NCBI RefSeq assembly: GCF_020745735.1
Contig: NC_083433.1
Location: 11,357,363-11,421,362 of the forward strand
Length of the DNA stretch: 64,000 bases
Direction of reading: 5' to 3'
Source of the DNA: Hemiscyllium ocellatum
Lineage: Eukaryota
In this document: in pieces, positions 62,696-64,000 of the stretch
Numbering within the stretch: the stretch's first letter is position 1
How the letters are laid out: every line of letters begins with the position of its first letter
The notes under the pieces: model-generated
The model's input: the letters and a program-made list of their open reading frames with translations, nothing else
Databases searched by the model: none
What the model was told of the DNA's origin: nothing
Position numbers and translations under genes: made by a program

Positions 62696-64000
62696 CCTTG
62701 TTTTCCCCCCTCCGCCTCCTTACTCCGGGACACTAGTGTCTCCTGTCACAAACCTAAACCTGAAAAAGCAAAGACAGAGCTCGGGCGTTTTTATCCTGAG
62801 GTGCAGTGGTAACAAAGTGTATTCATTATTTAATATCAAATTGATCTATTATTTATAATATTTAAGCACTAAAACCTGTTCAGGCTTTCAGCCACAACCC
62901 CCTGAAGTCTTGCATTTGCCTTAAAATGTGATACAATTGCTGTATTACAGTTTTATTAACCCACATCGACAAAGCATCCTTCATTACCTGAGACATCGCA
63001 GAGATTCACAGCCAGTCAGCGGCTTTGGAAGTAAAAAATAGAAAATGCTGGAAATACTCAGCAGCTTCTGCAGAGTGAGAAATGGGGTTGTTGTGTCAAA
63101 TTGTTTACCTGGACTAGAGCTGCAAATTTGTTGAACAAGTCACAGATCTGAAACATCAACTTTATTTCTCTCTCTACAGAATGCTGTCAGACCCCCTGAG
63201 CATTTCCATACTTTCTGCTTATATGTTAGACTTCTGGCATCTGCAGCGTTGTATTTCTTTAAGGGTTTTTGAAGGAGTTATTTTTATTTATTGGGTCTGG
63301 GACACGATTTATTACAAATCCCTAGCTGCCTTTGAGAAGGTCCTGCCTTCGAATCACTTCTGTCCACCTGCAGTAGGTTAACACACAATGCCCTTGGGGA
63401 AGGAATTCCAGGAGTTTGACCCAGCGATAGTGAAGGAATGGTGCTGTATTTCCAGGTTAAGACTGTGAGTGTCTTAGAGGGGAATGATTGGGTGGTGGTG
63501 TTCCCATATATCTGCTGCCCTTGTCCTTTTCGGAACTTGTTGTTGGGGGTTTGGAAGGTGCTATCTGAGGAGCCTTGGTCAGATGTCACATGACACCAGG
63601 TTATAGTCCGACAGGTTTATTTGTGGTGCTTGTGACGAAAGCCTCTGATTTCAAATAAAACTGCTCATAGAATCCCTGAGGTTTGGGAACAGGCCATTCG
63701 GCCCAACAAATCCACACTGATCCTTGGAAGAGTAACCCACCCAGACCCATTCCCCTAATTAATGCACCTAACCTATACACCCCTGAACACTACGTGCAAT
63801 TTAGCATGATCAATTCACCTAACCTGCACAGTTTTGGATTGTAAGAGGAAACAGGAGCACCCAGAGGAAACCCACACAGACACGTGCAAACTCTATACAG
63901 ACAGTCACCCGAGGGAAGAATTGAACCCAGGTTCCTGGTGCTCTGAGGTAGCAGTGCTAGCCACTGAGCCACTGTGCCACCCAGGAGTTATGCAACCTCT

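Overview
Vertebrate genomic DNA, almost certainly from a shark or ray: the repeats are HE1-type V-SINEs with (TAATC)n tails, CR1 LINEs, Deu-SINE relics and Penelope-like elements (PLEs). The ORF track is mostly spurious or repeat-derived. Two spliced genes face each other tail-to-tail. On the + strand are the last five coding exons of a Pax6-family gene (1478-17503). Its homeodomain segment matches PAX6, but the PST tail is diverged and I found no ELP4 exons downstream, so it is most likely Pax10/Pax6.2. On the - strand is a complete six-exon CDS (190 aa) of a divergent TP53I11-like gene (62695-41758). The most unusual feature is more than 15 PLE-terminus-derived insertions from at least 3-4 families. 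They carry minimal hammerhead ribozyme motifs with covarying stems, and many are fold-back palindromes flanked by 8-15 bp target-site duplications (TSDs) with a recurring 'inverted arm minus ~35-nt tail' geometry. Also present: an intron-containing pre-tRNA-Leu(CAA) fused to a SINE inside a CR1 relic, a local templated duplication in the last Pax intron, a decayed Gypsy element, and a candidate RFX-driven antisense transcript. Repeat boundaries are by eye and approximate.
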